Below are positions 38,961 to 49,323 of a stretch of DNA of 64,000 nucleotides, one piece after another. Origin of the DNA: an uncultured Pseudomonadota bacterium (lineage in GTDB: Bacteria > UBA10199 > GCA-002796325 > 1-14-0-20-49-13); assembly GCA_964647545.1 (NCBI GenBank), contig CAZYHS010000006.1:4889-68888 (forward strand), read 5' to 3'. The translations under genes and the position numbers were made by a program. How positions within the stretch are numbered: position 1 is the stretch's first letter; each line of letters starts with the position of its first letter. The notes beneath the pieces are model-generated. The model was not told where the DNA came from, made no database searches, and worked only from the letters and a program-made list of their open reading frames with translations.

Positions 38961-40256
38961 ATGAAGACAACTCTTGAAAACCTGTCACCGATCAAAAAGA
39001 AGCTTACAGTTGACCTCCCGGTTGAAAAAGTCGCGGCGGCAATTGAGAAAGCCTACGTCGAAGTTCAAAAGAAGGCAAAAATGAAGGGATTTCGCGAAGG
39101 GAAAGTACCCCGCAATCTTATAGAACTCCATTTCAAATCGAATGTTGAAGACGCGGCCATCGAGGAGCTTGTCCAAACCTCAATTGTCGACGCCATCAAA
39201 GCCGAGGCGCAAAATCCTGTTTCGCGTCCCGAAATAACGGTCGGTGAGTTCAACGCCTTCGGGCCTTTTTCGTATTCGGCCACTTTCGAAATAAATCCCG
39301 TCGTCGAGGCAAAGGGCTACACGTCGCTGACGCTTGAAAAGACCGAACGCAATATTACAGACGACCTCGTTGACAGAAGACTTGAAGCTATCCGCAAATC
39401 TATGACTCAGCTTGCTCCGGCCGCCGACGATCAGGGCGTTGAAAAAGGTTTCATCGCCTTTATTGATTTCAACGGCACCGCCGACGGCAAAGAATTCAAA
39501 GGTTCGAAGGCCGACAACTTCATTCTCGATGTCGGCGAGGGAAACCTGCTGCCGGTTTTCGAAGAAAAAATATTTGGGCTTAAGAAGGGCGAGCAGCGCC
39601 ATGTTGAGTTCGATTATCCGAAAGATTATTTTAACACCGAAGTGGCCGGCAAGCACGGCGTGTTCGACGTCACGGTTAAAGATATCAAAAAGAAAGTTCT
39701 CCCCGAACTTAACGACGATTTTGCAAAGGACATGGGGCCATATAAAACTCTCGATGAAGTCAAGGCCGACATTCGCAAACGCATGGAAGATGCTGTTGCA
39801 TTTGAAGCCAAAACAGAGCTTGCAAATCACGCGATGGAGCTGATCGTTGATAAACACGAGTTTGAAGTTCCTGAAGTGCTGGTGATGGAAGAATTAAAAC
39901 TTATGTTCCAGCAGTTCGTTCGCCAGCTCTCCGCTTCGGGGCGCAAATTTGAAGATACAGGTATTAAGCCCGAACAGTTCATCGAACAGTACAAGCCGGT
40001 CGCAGAGAAGAGGGTTAAGGGCTATTTCATTTTAGATGCAATTGCTAAGGCCGAAAATATCGCCGCGACCGACGAAGATGTTGAGGCAAAAATTAAGCTC
40101 TTTGCCGAAAATTCACGCCAGCCGATCGAAAAAGTGAGAGAATTTTACGGCACGGAAGAGAACAAAAACCTTCTGAAGACCGATATTTTGCACGAAAAAG
40201 TCCTTGATTTTGTGGTCTCAAAGGCTAAAGTTAAGGCAAAAAAGGCGAAAAAATAA
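38961..40256 (+). CDS. tig: trigger factor
   Basis: The N-terminal ribosome-binding domain, the 431-aa length and the conserved tig-clpP-clpX-lon gene order identify it. Confidence 0.9.
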   Translation: MKTTLENLSPIKKKLTVDLPVEKVAAAIEKAYVEVQKKAKMKGFREGKVPRNLIELHFKSNVEDAAIEELVQTSIVDAIKAEAQNPVSRPEITVGEFNAFGPFSYSATFEINPVVEAKGYTSLTLEKTERNITDDLVDRRLEAIRKSMTQLAPAADDQGVEKGFIAFIDFNGTADGKEFKGSKADNFILDVGEGNLLPVFEEKIFGLKKGEQRHVEFDYPKDYFNTEVAGKHGVFDVTVKDIKKKVLPELNDDFAKDMGPYKTLDEVKADIRKRMEDAVAFEAKTELANHAMELIVDKHEFEVPEVLVMEELKLMFQQFVRQLSASGRKFEDTGIKPEQFIEQYKPVAEKRVKGYFILDAIAKAENIAATDEDVEAKIKLFAENSRQPIEKVREFYGTEENKNLLKTDILHEKVLDFVVSKAKVKAKKAKK

Positions 40257-40260
40257 CAAA

Positions 40261-40845
40261 ATGTCACTAATTCCAATTGTAATTGAGCAAAATTCTAAGG
40301 GTGAGCGGGCGTACGACATCTATTCGCGACTGCTTCGTGACCGCATCATATTTTTAGGCTCCGCAATAGACGATCAGGTCGCAAATCTGGTCATTGCGCA
40401 GCTGCTCTTTCTTGAATCGGAAGATCCCGGAAAAGATATTCACCTCTACGTTAATTCCCCCGGCGGAGAAGTTGCTGCCGGCCTAGCTATTTACGATACC
40501 ATGCAGTACGTGAAGCCCGATGTTTCAACGATTTGCATGGGGCAGGCTTCCAGCATGGGGGCGGTCCTTTTGGCTGCCGGCGCGCAGGGGAAGCGTTTTG
40601 CGCTCCCTAACTCGCGAATTATGATCCACCAGCCTTTAGCCGGAGTGCAAGGACAGGCCAGCGATATCGGAATTCATGCGAAAGAAATTTTGCGTTTGCG
40701 CGAAAGGCTTAACGGAATACTTGCCGAACACACGAAGCAGCCGATCGAACGCATTTCACAGGATACCGACCGCGATTTTTTTATGGGGGCTGTCGAAGCT
40801 CAAAAGTACGGGATAGTTGACGAAGTGTTGGCCACGCGCAGATAA
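40261..40845 (+). CDS. clpP: ATP-dependent Clp protease proteolytic subunit ClpP
   Basis: Start at internal Met [33 protein letters not shown]. Catalytic triad context GQASSMGA and HQP. Confidence 0.95.
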   Translation: MSLIPIVIEQNSKGERAYDIYSRLLRDRIIFLGSAIDDQVANLVIAQLLFLESEDPGKDIHLYVNSPGGEVAAGLAIYDTMQYVKPDVSTICMGQASSMGAVLLAAGAQGKRFALPNSRIMIHQPLAGVQGQASDIGIHAKEILRLRERLNGILAEHTKQPIERISQDTDRDFFMGAVEAQKYGIVDEVLATRR

Positions 40846-40850
40846 AAAAT

Positions 40851-42164
40851 ATGACCCAAACAACAGACTCCACGAACCTTAGCTGTTCCTTCTGCGGTAA
40901 GACCCAGCGCGAAGTCAAAAAGCTCATCGCCGGCCCGACGGTTTTCATTTGCGACGAGTGTATCGGCCTTTGCAACGACATTCTGCGCGAAGAGAACATT
41001 CAAAATCAGAAATGGGTTTCAAATTTAGGCATTCCGCGCCCCCACGAAATTAAGAATATTCTCGATGAATATGTTGTGGGGCAGGATCACGCCAAAAAAG
41101 TTCTGTCTGTCGCGGTGCACAATCATTACAAACGCATTTCAAGCAGGTTCGACGCTAACGATGTTGAAATACAAAAATCCAACGTTCTGCTTATCGGTCC
41201 GACCGGCACGGGTAAGACGTTGCTTGCGAAGACTCTTGCCAAGATTTTGAACGTTCCTTTCACGATTGCCGATGCTACTACTTTGACCGAAGCCGGCTAT
41301 GTCGGCGAAGACGTCGAAAATGTAATTCTTTCGCTGCTTCAGGCGGCCGACTACGATCGTGCGCGCGCAGAGCGCGGCATTATCTATATCGACGAGATCG
41401 ACAAGATAGCCCGCAAGCAGAGCGGCCCATCAATCACGCGCGATGTCTCCGGCGAAGGGGTTCAGCAGGCGCTGCTGAAGATACTTGAAGGAACTGTGGC
41501 TCGTGTTCCGCCAAAGGGCGGCAGAAAGCATCCGCAGCAGGAGTACATCACGGTCGATACAAACGATATTCTTTTCATATGCGGTGGTGCATTTGTCGGG
41601 CTTGAAGATATTATCGAACAACGCACCTCCAAAAAACGGATGGGTTTCGGCGCCGAAGTAAAAGCGCGCAGTGAGCGCAAGCTTGGCGAGGTGCTCAGAC
41701 ACACCGAGGCCGACGACCTTTTGAAGTTCGGGTTCATCCCAGAATTTGTCGGGCGCCTTCCGGTTGTGGCGACACTTAGCGAGCTCGATGAAAAGGCGCT
41801 GATCGAAATTTTATCCAAGCCGAAGAACTCTCTCGTGAAGCAGTACAAGCGTTTGTTCGAATTTGAAAAGACCCACCTCGATTTCACTCAAGGAGCTCTT
41901 GAAGCCGTTGCGAAGGAGGCCATCAAGAGGCAGAGCGGGGCGAGAGGGCTGCGTTCTATTCTTGAAGGCGTTATGCTTGATGTCATGTACGAGGTTCCGA
42001 TGCACGGGGCCATTAGCGAAGTCGTGGTCAATGAAGATGTTATAACTAAAAAAGCCAAACCTGCCGTCATTCAAGGAGTTGAGGAGACGGAAAAGGGCGA
42101 GAAAAAAGAAAAAACTGCAGCTGCGACCGAGCCTGCTAGGGATGAGAAGGAATCGGCTGCTTAA
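40851..42164 (+). CDS. clpX: ATP-dependent Clp protease ATP-binding subunit ClpX
   Basis: Zinc-finger CSFCGK...CDEC, Walker [19 protein letters not shown], and a 437-aa length. Confidence 0.95.
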   Translation: MTQTTDSTNLSCSFCGKTQREVKKLIAGPTVFICDECIGLCNDILREENIQNQKWVSNLGIPRPHEIKNILDEYVVGQDHAKKVLSVAVHNHYKRISSRFDANDVEIQKSNVLLIGPTGTGKTLLAKTLAKILNVPFTIADATTLTEAGYVGEDVENVILSLLQAADYDRARAERGIIYIDEIDKIARKQSGPSITRDVSGEGVQQALLKILEGTVARVPPKGGRKHPQQEYITVDTNDILFICGGAFVGLEDIIEQRTSKKRMGFGAEVKARSERKLGEVLRHTEADDLLKFGFIPEFVGRLPVVATLSELDEKALIEILSKPKNSLVKQYKRLFEFEKTHLDFTQGALEAVAKEAIKRQSGARGLRSILEGVMLDVMYEVPMHGAISEVVVNEDVITKKAKPAVIQGVEETEKGEKKEKTAAATEPARDEKESAA

Positions 42165-42182
42165 ACTATTCTGGGGGAGAAT

Positions 42183-44600
42183 ATGACCGAATCTGTGGTA
42201 GTGCCGCTGTTACCGTTGCGTGATATCGTAGTGTTTCCGCACATGGTGGTTCCGCTGTTCGTAGGCCGCGAGAAATCTATTTCCGCGCTTGACGAGGCGG
42301 TGAACAAAGAAAAAGATATTCTGCTGGCGGCTCAAGTCAATCCGAAATCCAACGATCCGCGCGAGGACGATATCTACAAAGTCGGAACCCTTGCGTCGAT
42401 TATTCAGCTTCTACGTTTGCCCGACGGAACTGTGAAGGTTCTGGTCGAGGGGAAACGCCGCGCCGAAATAAAACAATACATTCCCAACGAGAACTATTTT
42501 CTTGTTGAAGTGGCGCCGGTTGAAGAGCCGGCCGAGTCCAACGTCGAAATCGAAGCTCTGATTCGCGGGGTCAAATCTTCTTTTGAGAATTATGTTAAGC
42601 TAAACAAAAGAATTCCTCCCGAAATGCTGGCAAGCGTGGCGCAAATCGAAGACGCAAGCAGACTTGCCGATACGATAGTCGCCCACCTGATGCTCAAGCT
42701 TCCGGACAAACAGCAGATTCTCGAGATCCCATCGCCGATGGGGCGACTTGAAAAGCTCTACAGCATGATTCAGGCGGAGATCGAAATTCTTCAGGTCGAG
42801 CGCAGAATTCGTACGCGTGTTAAAAAACAGATGGAGAAGACGCAGCGCGAATACTATCTCAACGAGCAGATGCAGGCTATCCAGAAGGAACTCGGCGAAC
42901 GCGATGAGTTCAAGAGTGAGCTTCAGGAGCTTGAAGAGCGAATTAAAAATAAGAAAATGTCGGCCGAAGCGACCCAGAAGATCAAGGCCGAAATGAAGAA
43001 GCTAAAGATGATGTCGCCGATGTCAGCCGAGGCTGCCGTTGTGCGCAATTACATCGACTGGATATTATCGATTCCGTGGTACGAAACAACGCAGGACAAA
43101 CTCGATATCAAAGAGGCCGAGAAGGTGCTCGACGAGGACCATTTTGGTCTTGAGCAGCCCAAACAGCGCATCGTCGAATATCTTGCCGTCAGGTCTTTGA
43201 TGGAAAAGATGAAAGGCCCCATTTTGTGTTTCGTCGGCCCTCCGGGCGTAGGCAAAACATCGCTTGGCAGGTCGATTGCAAGATCGATGGGGCGCAAATT
43301 TGTCCGCTGTTCTCTCGGCGGCGTGCGCGACGAAGCTGAAATTCGCGGCCACAGAAGGACCTACATCGGAGCGATGCCGGGTAAGGTGATTCAGTCGCTG
43401 AAGAAGGCCGGTTCGAACAATCCGGTTTTCCTGCTCGACGAAATCGACAAGATGAGCGCCGATTTCAGAGGCGATCCCGCTTCGGCGCTTCTTGAAGTTT
43501 TAGATCCCGAGCAGAATTCTACATTCAACGATCACTATCTTGATCTTGATTACGATCTGACAGATGTCATGTTCATCACGACGGCCAATACGCTGCCGGC
43601 AATTCCGCTTCCGTTGCAGGACAGAATGGAAATTATCAGAATCCCCGGCTACACCGAGCTTGAAAAACTGGAAATTGCAAAGCGCTATTTGATCAAAAAG
43701 CAGCGTGAGGCTAATGGCTTGAGCGAAGACAATATCCGTTTTACCGACAGCGCCCTCAAGATGATAATCAGAAATTACACCCGTGAGGCCGGCGTTCGTA
43801 ATCTCGAAAGAGAAGTCGCGTCGGTTTGCCGCAAAGTGGCGCGCGATTTCGCAAGGGACAAGGGCAAGTTCAAGCATACGAACGTTACCCCGCGCAAGAT
43901 CCAGCAATATCTTGGGGTTCCTAAGTTCAGGTTCGGGCTGGCCGAGGAAAAGGACGAGATCGGGATGTGCACAGGGCTTGCTTGGACCGAGGTCGGCGGC
44001 GAGCTTCTGCAGTGCGAAGTTACGATCATGCCGGGTGGAGGAAAGCTCATTGTCACCGGAAAGCTCGGCGACGTTATGCAGGAATCGGCTCAGGCCGCGT
44101 TAAGCTATGTGCGTTCGCGCGCCGAGGCTTTGGGTCTCGACCGCAATTTTTATCAAAAGTGCGATATCCACGTCCATCTGCCGGAAGGGGCAATTCCCAA
44201 GGACGGTCCGTCTGCTGGCATCACAATGGCAACGGCGATCACTTCGGCATTGCTTAAGGTCCCGATACGCAAAGATGTCGCCATGACAGGAGAGATCACC
44301 TTGCGCGGCAGGGTCCTTCCGATCGGAGGGTTGAAAGAAAAGATACTTGCGGCCCACCGCGGTAAGATCAAAACGATCATAATGCCGAAGGAGAACGAAA
44401 AAGATCTTAAAGAAATTCCTAAGAACGTTCTCAAAGACATTGAATTCATCACGGTCGATCATATGGACGAGGTCCTTCAGCATGCGCTGGCGGTTAACAG
44501 CCCCGCCAAGATTTTTCGCGGCAAGAGGGCAGATGGAGTGATTTCAGGGGCTAAGCCAAAACGCGAAAAGACTGAAATAAAAGAGGCCTCAGACCTATAA
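42183..44600 (+). CDS. lon: ATP-dependent protease Lon
   Basis: Lon N-domain, AAA+ [15 protein letters not shown], and protease domain with catalytic Ser context [12 protein letters not shown]. Confidence 0.95.
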   Translation: MTESVVVPLLPLRDIVVFPHMVVPLFVGREKSISALDEAVNKEKDILLAAQVNPKSNDPREDDIYKVGTLASIIQLLRLPDGTVKVLVEGKRRAEIKQYIPNENYFLVEVAPVEEPAESNVEIEALIRGVKSSFENYVKLNKRIPPEMLASVAQIEDASRLADTIVAHLMLKLPDKQQILEIPSPMGRLEKLYSMIQAEIEILQVERRIRTRVKKQMEKTQREYYLNEQMQAIQKELGERDEFKSELQELEERIKNKKMSAEATQKIKAEMKKLKMMSPMSAEAAVVRNYIDWILSIPWYETTQDKLDIKEAEKVLDEDHFGLEQPKQRIVEYLAVRSLMEKMKGPILCFVGPPGVGKTSLGRSIARSMGRKFVRCSLGGVRDEAEIRGHRRTYIGAMPGKVIQSLKKAGSNNPVFLLDEIDKMSADFRGDPASALLEVLDPEQNSTFNDHYLDLDYDLTDVMFITTANTLPAIPLPLQDRMEIIRIPGYTELEKLEIAKRYLIKKQREANGLSEDNIRFTDSALKMIIRNYTREAGVRNLEREVASVCRKVARDFARDKGKFKHTNVTPRKIQQYLGVPKFRFGLAEEKDEIGMCTGLAWTEVGGELLQCEVTIMPGGGKLIVTGKLGDVMQESAQAALSYVRSRAEALGLDRNFYQKCDIHVHLPEGAIPKDGPSAGITMATAITSALLKVPIRKDVAMTGEITLRGRVLPIGGLKEKILAAHRGKIKTIIMPKENEKDLKEIPKNVLKDIEFITVDHMDEVLQHALAVNSPAKIFRGKRADGVISGAKPKREKTEIKEASDL

Positions 44601-44611
44601 AAAGTTGTTGC

Positions 44612-44650
44612 GGGGGGCGACCTCTTAGTGTATAGGGGGTCGCCTCTTTG
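44612..44650 (+). terminator. possible intrinsic terminator after lon (stem GGCGACC...GGTCGCC, long loop, short U-tract)
   Basis: GGGGGCGACC TCTTAGTGTATAGG GGGTCGCC TCTTTG. The loop is large and the T-run is short, so confidence is low. Confidence 0.4.
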
Positions 44651-44727
44651 AAATGAAAAGCAAAAAAAGCGCGGCATGTGGCAGTCTTATCTGGCCGCCA
44701 TGGCTTACGCAGATTGCGTTGGCGGGC

Positions 44728-44799
44728 GGGCGCATAACTCAGCGGAAGAGTGCCATCCTTACACGGTGGAAGTCGCAGGTTCGAACCCTGCTGCGCCCA
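44728..44799 (+). tRNA. tRNA-Val(TAC)
   Basis: Manual fold: acceptor GGGCGCA/TGCGCCC, D-arm ACTC-AGCGGAA-GAGT, anticodon arm CCATC-CTTACAC-GGTGG (anticodon TAC), variable loop AAGTC, T-arm GCAGG-TTCGAAC-CCTGC, discriminator A. CCA is not encoded. Confidence 0.85.
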
Positions 44800-44873
44800 C
44801 AAATAGATTGCAGAGTTAATTTTTTAGAGGTTTTTGCGATTTTGAAAATTGAAAACTAAAATGTGTTTCTTGC

Positions 44874-44950
44874 GGGGACGTAGATCAATTGGTTAGATCG
44901 TCGCCCTGTCACGGCGAAGGCTGCGGGTTCGAGCCCCGTCGTCCCCGCCA
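44874..44950 (+). tRNA. tRNA-Asp(GTC)
   Basis: Manual fold: acceptor GGGGACG/CGTCCCC, D-arm GATC-AATTGGTTA-GATC, anticodon arm TCGCC-CTGTCAC-GGCGA (anticodon GTC), T-arm GCGGG-TTCGAGC-CCCGT, discriminator G, CCA encoded. Resembles canonical bacterial tRNA-Asp. Confidence 0.9.
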
Positions 44951-45026
44951 GATGCACATTCAGGCCGACTGGGTAACTCAGTCGGCCGTTTTTTTATCAA
45001 CCGCATTCTTTCAAAACGGGGGAATA

Positions 45027-45827
45027 ATGATCACTTTAGCGCAGGCGATTTTTTTGGGAGCGTTGCAGGGAATCACCGAATTTCTTCCCATTTCAAGTTC
45101 GGGTCATCTTGTAGTTGCTCAACAGCTTTTCGGGTGGCGCTCGGAAAACGGCATTATTATGGCGTTCGATGTCGCGCTGCATGTCGGAACCTTGTTCGCG
45201 GTCATCGTGATTTTCTGGAGCGACATAAAAGCCATGCTGACGGGCCGTGCGTGGAAGTTGATGGGGCTTTTGCTGATTGCCACGATTCCCGCGGTTCTAG
45301 TCGGATTTTCCGTTAAAGATATGATCGAGGGGATTTTTCATAGCGCCAAGGTGGTAGGCTTTGCGTGGCTCTTTACCGGCACCGTTTTATGGCTGACTAA
45401 ATATGCAAAAGAAGATGCTGCGTTTGCGGCTAGCGACAATCTCGGCCGAATCGGCACCTTGAGGTCTTTTCTTATCGGTTGTGCGCAGGCTGTGGCAATT
45501 CTTCCGGGGATATCCCGCTCAGGTTCGACAATTGCGGCTGGGCTTTTTTTAAAACTTGATAGATCCAGCGCCGCGCGTTTCGCTTTTTTAATGGCGATAC
45601 CGGCCATTGCCGGCGGGGCAGTGCTTGATATTAAAGACATTGCGGCTTTCCCCAGAGAGGGCTTGCCTCAGCTTATTGCCGGTACGCTGACTTCGTTTAT
45701 TGTGGCGTACTTTTCCATCAAATGGCTTTTGTCGATTATTAAAAATGGAAAGCTCTGGTGGTTTGGCATCTACTGCTGGTGCGCCGGTGCCATAACTTTG
45801 AGCTACCTCTATTTTTTTCAAAAATAG
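45027..45827 (+). CDS. uppP: undecaprenyl-diphosphatase UppP (BacA)
   Basis: Start at internal Met MITLAQAIFLGALQGITEFLPISSSGHL (the ORF track's 44889 start overlaps tRNA-Asp). EFLPISSSGH hallmark. Polytopic membrane protein. Confidence 0.9.
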   Translation: MITLAQAIFLGALQGITEFLPISSSGHLVVAQQLFGWRSENGIIMAFDVALHVGTLFAVIVIFWSDIKAMLTGRAWKLMGLLLIATIPAVLVGFSVKDMIEGIFHSAKVVGFAWLFTGTVLWLTKYAKEDAAFAASDNLGRIGTLRSFLIGCAQAVAILPGISRSGSTIAAGLFLKLDRSSAARFAFLMAIPAIAGGAVLDIKDIAAFPREGLPQLIAGTLTSFIVAYFSIKWLLSIIKNGKLWWFGIYCWCAGAITLSYLYFFQK

Positions 45828-45869
45828 CATAATTATCTATTGACACCACGCATAATCTCCCATAAAGAG

Positions 45870-45885
45870 CTGCATAAATATGCAG
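45870..45885. promoter_or_regulatory. perfect 16-bp palindrome CTGCATAAATATGCAG, 26 bp upstream of a small Cys-rich ORF (candidate operator)
   Basis: Seen directly in the sequence. A TTGACA lies at 45853-58. Confidence 0.3.
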
Positions 45886-45911
45886 TCAACTTTAACAAAA
45901 AGGAGATCGTG

Positions 45912-46142
45912 ATGGACATTGAAAGCGCGCAGGCAATAACTGCTGGTGAGGCGATTGCGAAATTTGTTGAAGACCTCTCTTCATCTTTCGCGAAGGATAA
46001 CAGCGAAGCAAATGGCTGGTGGGCAAATCACAATTGTTCAAAATATTGTGAAGCAGGCGGATATCCGCACTCGCGTCTCACAGATGACGGCAAGTGTATT
46101 TGTTCCGGCACGCGTTTGTGGCTTCCTCTGCCGCGCCGTTAA
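45912..46142 (+). CDS. small Cys-rich hypothetical protein (76 aa)
   Basis: ATG 45912 preceded by AAGGAG at -7 to -12. Sequence MDIESAQ...NHNCSKYCEAGGYPHSRLTDDGKCICSG. The ORF track's longer 45840 start lacks an SD. No homology recognised. Confidence 0.4.
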   Translation: MDIESAQAITAGEAIAKFVEDLSSSFAKDNSEANGWWANHNCSKYCEAGGYPHSRLTDDGKCICSGTRLWLPLPRR

Positions 46143-46171
46143 TTGATATATGAAAATTTTATGCTGGTCGT

Positions 46172-46720
46172 TTAATCGAACCAGCCGTCTTTTTTAAGTT
46201 CGTCGTAAATAAAGCCGCACGCCTTCGGGAGTGCGGCTTTTACTTTTTCGGTGCATGATTCACCAAATGTGAATTCATCTTCGACTTCGACCACAAAGAT
46301 CCGGATCTCAGCGGGGAATGGAATCTGCATTTGTTTGGCCATTTCGCATGCCGTGGCAAAGTCTATCCCGTGCAGGCTGGATAGGCGCACGCTGGGTTTG
46401 AGCGCTTTTGGATCGAGCTCGTAAAATTCGCCGGCGGTACCGCTTTTGGTGTGAATGGCGTCGATTATCACCGCGCGATCGAAGCCGGTCAGCATGTCGA
46501 TAAAATTAAATCCTCCAAGCGAAGCTTCTTTGATCGTGACTTGTGACCCGTGATTTGTGATTCGTGACTTGTCATCCCCGTGTTCGTCGGCGCCTGCCCA
46601 CCGTTCGTTTGGCGGGGTGATTCCAATCTTGTCCTGTAACATGCGCACGATATAAATTCCGGCGCCGTCGTCGGATAGAATCGTATTGCCCAGACCGAAT
46701 ATTAGTGTTTTTTTATTCAC
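46172..46720 (-). CDS. hydrogenase maturation protease (HyaD/HybD family)
   Basis: KKTLIFGLGNTILSDDGAGIYIV matches the GxGNxxxxDDGxG motif. Probable GTG start at 46720, which gives an 8-bp overlap with the upstream gene. Relative to canonical HybD it carries an insertion of about 20 aa (WAGADEHGDDKSRITNHGSQVT) encoded by a repetitive DNA stretch. Confidence 0.75.
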   Translation of the reverse strand: MNKKTLIFGLGNTILSDDGAGIYIVRMLQDKIGITPPNERWAGADEHGDDKSRITNHGSQVTIKEASLGGFNFIDMLTGFDRAVIIDAIHTKSGTAGEFYELDPKALKPSVRLSSLHGIDFATACEMAKQMQIPFPAEIRIFVVEVEDEFTFGESCTEKVKAALPKACGFIYDELKKDGWFD

Positions 46721-47114
46721 GTTGCTGTGCCTCGTTGGTTGAAGAGAGCTCTCTGGCAGAAACCAGTGTGTGGTACATTTTTTCAACTTCGTGTCGCGTG
46801 ACAAAATCGTGGTGACGAAATCCGCCGCCGAACGTCTTTGGAATGTGCAAAAGTTCATGAATGATTGTCATCTCTTTTTCGGCTTCTGACAGACGCTCAA
46901 AAAGTTCCAAAAACTCAATTGCATAAAATGCATTTGTTCCCATGGCAAGCTGCATAATTTTGGGAAGGGCGTGGCATCTGGCGATCGTTCTCTTTGTTTT
47001 TGTGCCGCGGCTTCTGATGCAGATCACTCTGTTGGCATCGATGTGCGTCATTTTAAGGCGCCTAACTATCTCGCAGGTCTTAAGTTGAAGGTCCAAAGCA
47101 ATCTGATATTCCAT
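46713..47114 (-). CDS. HExxH-motif putative zinc metallohydrolase (SprT/DUF45-like), 133 aa
   Basis: TIIHELLHIPKTFGGGFRHHDFV contains HELLH followed 11 residues later by HH. Co-transcribed orientation with the hydrogenase maturation protease. The family assignment is uncertain. Confidence 0.5.
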   Translation of the reverse strand: MEYQIALDLQLKTCEIVRRLKMTHIDANRVICIRSRGTKTKRTIARCHALPKIMQLAMGTNAFYAIEFLELFERLSEAEKEMTIIHELLHIPKTFGGGFRHHDFVTRHEVEKMYHTLVSARELSSTNEAQQRE

Positions 47115-47207
47115 AAGGCCGGCGAATATAGCTACTTATCGTTAAAATTCAAACCCTTACTTTAAGTGATTTTGCGCATAAATATTCTCCAAATATGAAT
47201 AATTTAC

Positions 47208-48074
47208 TTGAAAAAGCGGCGTATAATAGGTAAGGCGACTCAACTAAAAAAAGGAGGCATTGTGGCTACAATCAACGGAAATTTCGTACAAAATTTTTAC
47301 GGGGTTTATGATTCGACCTACGGCTTAAGCACTAAGGGGTCTTGCGAAACTTTGGTCAGTCGAGGTTACTTAAGCACCAGCGAGTGTGATGAGCTTGCCT
47401 CTATTTTGGGTACCGGGATGGGCGCAATTGTTACAGATGCCGAGAAAACAAGATTGAGAGAAATGGGATTTTCTCGTGGGACCATCGAGTACATTGCCGG
47501 CAAGGACGGAAAAGATCTTTTTTGGCATCGCTTGGAGTGGCTGCGCGAAAATTTCAGAGGTGGATTGCTGTGGAACGACTATTCAGCATCAAATCGCGCC
47601 GACATGGCGGTTGAACTTGGCCAAATGGAAGAGCCGGTAGTCATTAAAGATCTTTTGCAGGTCTATTTTAATTTTAGGGACGAACTTCATAGATCTCCTG
47701 TTTTGCTCAGAGCTGTCGCTTCTATTGCGAGATACTATCCGGCAACCTCGATGAAATACGTCCGTTCGGCTTCTGATATGATTCCATCGTCTGCTCTTGG
47801 CAGAGCCGTTGCAATCGAGGCAATTGAATCCTTCGATTCAGTCCATGTTTTGACCCATTTGAACGGGGCCGGAAAATGCTATGCCGTCGATCTTGTTAAT
47901 CGATACATCGACAAGGTCTATAGCGTCGCGGCCGGAGGAGACTTAGACGCTGTTGAGGCGATTGCGGCTTGCTGTGATAAAGAATTAATGCCTTATTTAA
48001 AAAAGCTTTCGGATGAGCCCAATAGGGATGCTGCGGCGCGTGCCAGAGTTTTGCTAAAAGATTGTCGGCAGTAA
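47208..48074 (+). CDS. hypothetical protein with a C-terminal HEAT/PBS-lyase-like repeat region; first of two tandem paralogs
   Basis: The N-terminal ~130 aa (TYGLSTKGSCETLV...ASILGTGMGAIVTDAEKTRLREMGFS...LFWHRLEWLRENF) are clearly homologous to the next gene. C-terminus AIAACCDKELMPYLKKLSDEPNRDAAARARVLL is HEAT-like. Confidence 0.55.
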   Translation: MKKRRIIGKATQLKKGGIVATINGNFVQNFYGVYDSTYGLSTKGSCETLVSRGYLSTSECDELASILGTGMGAIVTDAEKTRLREMGFSRGTIEYIAGKDGKDLFWHRLEWLRENFRGGLLWNDYSASNRADMAVELGQMEEPVVIKDLLQVYFNFRDELHRSPVLLRAVASIARYYPATSMKYVRSASDMIPSSALGRAVAIEAIESFDSVHVLTHLNGAGKCYAVDLVNRYIDKVYSVAAGGDLDAVEAIAACCDKELMPYLKKLSDEPNRDAAARARVLLKDCRQ

Positions 48075-48114
48075 AAATAGTTTGTTTATAAATTTATAAT
48101 TGGAAGGGGAAAAT

Positions 48115-49158
48115 ATGGCGGTTGATAACAGTTCGGCGGTTTCAAAGTGCATGTTTATAGAGAACTATCTCGATGACGTGAAGAACGCTTATTTTAAAAC
48201 ATACGGCCTCGATACAAAAGGGGCATGTGAAGAGCTTCTTGATGCGTCCGACGGCTGTATTACAATTGCAAAGTGTGAAAAGCTGGCCGCGATCATCGGT
48301 ACCGGCACCGGAGCAATAGTGACCGACGAAAAAAGGGCCGAGCTTAGGCAGCGCGGTTTTAGCAACGCCTTTATCGATGGGCTTGCTGGAAGCGACGGGA
48401 AGAAACTTTTCAACGAGCGTCTTGAGTGGCTCAAAGAAAATGTCGTAACGCGCTGGTGGCGTTCGGATTATGTTTTGAGCAACCGAGAGGCCATGGTGAA
48501 AGAGCTTGGTGAGATGGGAGAGCTTGACGCCGTTCCCGCTCTTGCCGAAGCCTATTATGACCCTTATGACGGGTTGTATAGAAGTTGCGATGTTATACAG
48601 GCGCTGGCTTCGATCGTCTGGTATTATCCCAAGACCGGCTTGGATACCGTCTGCGATGCGATGAAGGAGGCGTCGGGCAACCATCCATATTTTAGCTGTC
48701 ATGATGTCTCGACAAGCATTGCGATTCGTACGTTTAAAATGGGTTCATATGATCAGATCTCACAGCTTTTCAAACAAGGGGCCGCTTCAAAGTCTTTGAT
48801 CGATGTCCTCGGAGGTGACGGAACTCCTGCAGCACTAGAGCTGCTGACAAAAATTGCTCAGGGTGACAGCGGATTGAAAGACTATGCAATTCAGACAATA
48901 GGCTTGATTGTGAGGGGTAAGACCGATCTCAGGCCTGTCTATTACAAGCTTGCGACGGCTTTGCTTTATTCATTGGCGATTGAAGGCAATTTGGCTGCGA
49001 TCGATGAGATTGGAAAGGTCGGCAGCGGCACATCCGAAGTTTATTTGAAAAGTTTGCTGCGTAGCACGCAATTCGAGGTTCGCGAACGTGCTAAAATGTG
49101 GCTAAAAAATATTGCAGAGACGAGACAGATGTTAGGTGTCATGGGCCTAGATCAATAA
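48115..49158 (+). CDS. hypothetical protein, paralog of the upstream gene, with a HEAT-like C-terminal region
   Basis: Start ATG 48115 with GGAAGGGG SD. TYGLDTKGACEELL...AAIIGTGTGAIVTDEKRAELRQRGFS...LFNERLEWLKENV parallels the previous protein. Ends ...FEVRERAKMWLKNIAE. Confidence 0.55.
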   Translation: MAVDNSSAVSKCMFIENYLDDVKNAYFKTYGLDTKGACEELLDASDGCITIAKCEKLAAIIGTGTGAIVTDEKRAELRQRGFSNAFIDGLAGSDGKKLFNERLEWLKENVVTRWWRSDYVLSNREAMVKELGEMGELDAVPALAEAYYDPYDGLYRSCDVIQALASIVWYYPKTGLDTVCDAMKEASGNHPYFSCHDVSTSIAIRTFKMGSYDQISQLFKQGAASKSLIDVLGGDGTPAALELLTKIAQGDSGLKDYAIQTIGLIVRGKTDLRPVYYKLATALLYSLAIEGNLAAIDEIGKVGSGTSEVYLKSLLRSTQFEVRERAKMWLKNIAETRQMLGVMGLDQ

Positions 49159-49185
49159 TTTGAACTAAGTGCTTTCGTAGATAAT

Positions 49186-49234
49186 AAAAAACCGGCTGCA
49201 GGGGTTGATCCCTCAGCCGGTTTTTTTATTTTTA
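49186..49234. terminator. bidirectional intrinsic terminator between the convergent paralog gene and mvhA
   Basis: AAAAAA CCGGCTG CAGGGGTTGATCCCT CAGCCGG TTTTTTTATTTTT: a stem flanked by an A-run and a T-run. Confidence 0.8.
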
Positions 49235-49235
49235 T

Positions 49236-49309
49236 GTCATCGCGAGGCCCGAAGGGCCGTGGCGATCCAGGTTAAGTCAACGGGATTGCTTCGCTATGCT
49301 CGCAATGAC
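49236..49309. repeat. family C-type hairpin units downstream of mvhA
   Basis: GTCATCGCGAGGCCCGAAGGGCCGTGGCGATCC (49236-49268). Reverse unit GGATTGCTTCGCTATGCTCGCAATGAC (49283-49309). Confidence 0.5.
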
Positions 49310-49323
49310 GTAGACTCAAACAC

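Noticed and set aside
39180-39857. 225-aa minus-strand ORF
   Set aside because: It is antisense to trigger factor.
44889-45026. Annotated N-terminal 46 codons of the uppP ORF
   Set aside because: This extension overlaps tRNA-Asp (44874-44950). Homology to UppP starts only at the internal Met at 45027, which has its own SD.
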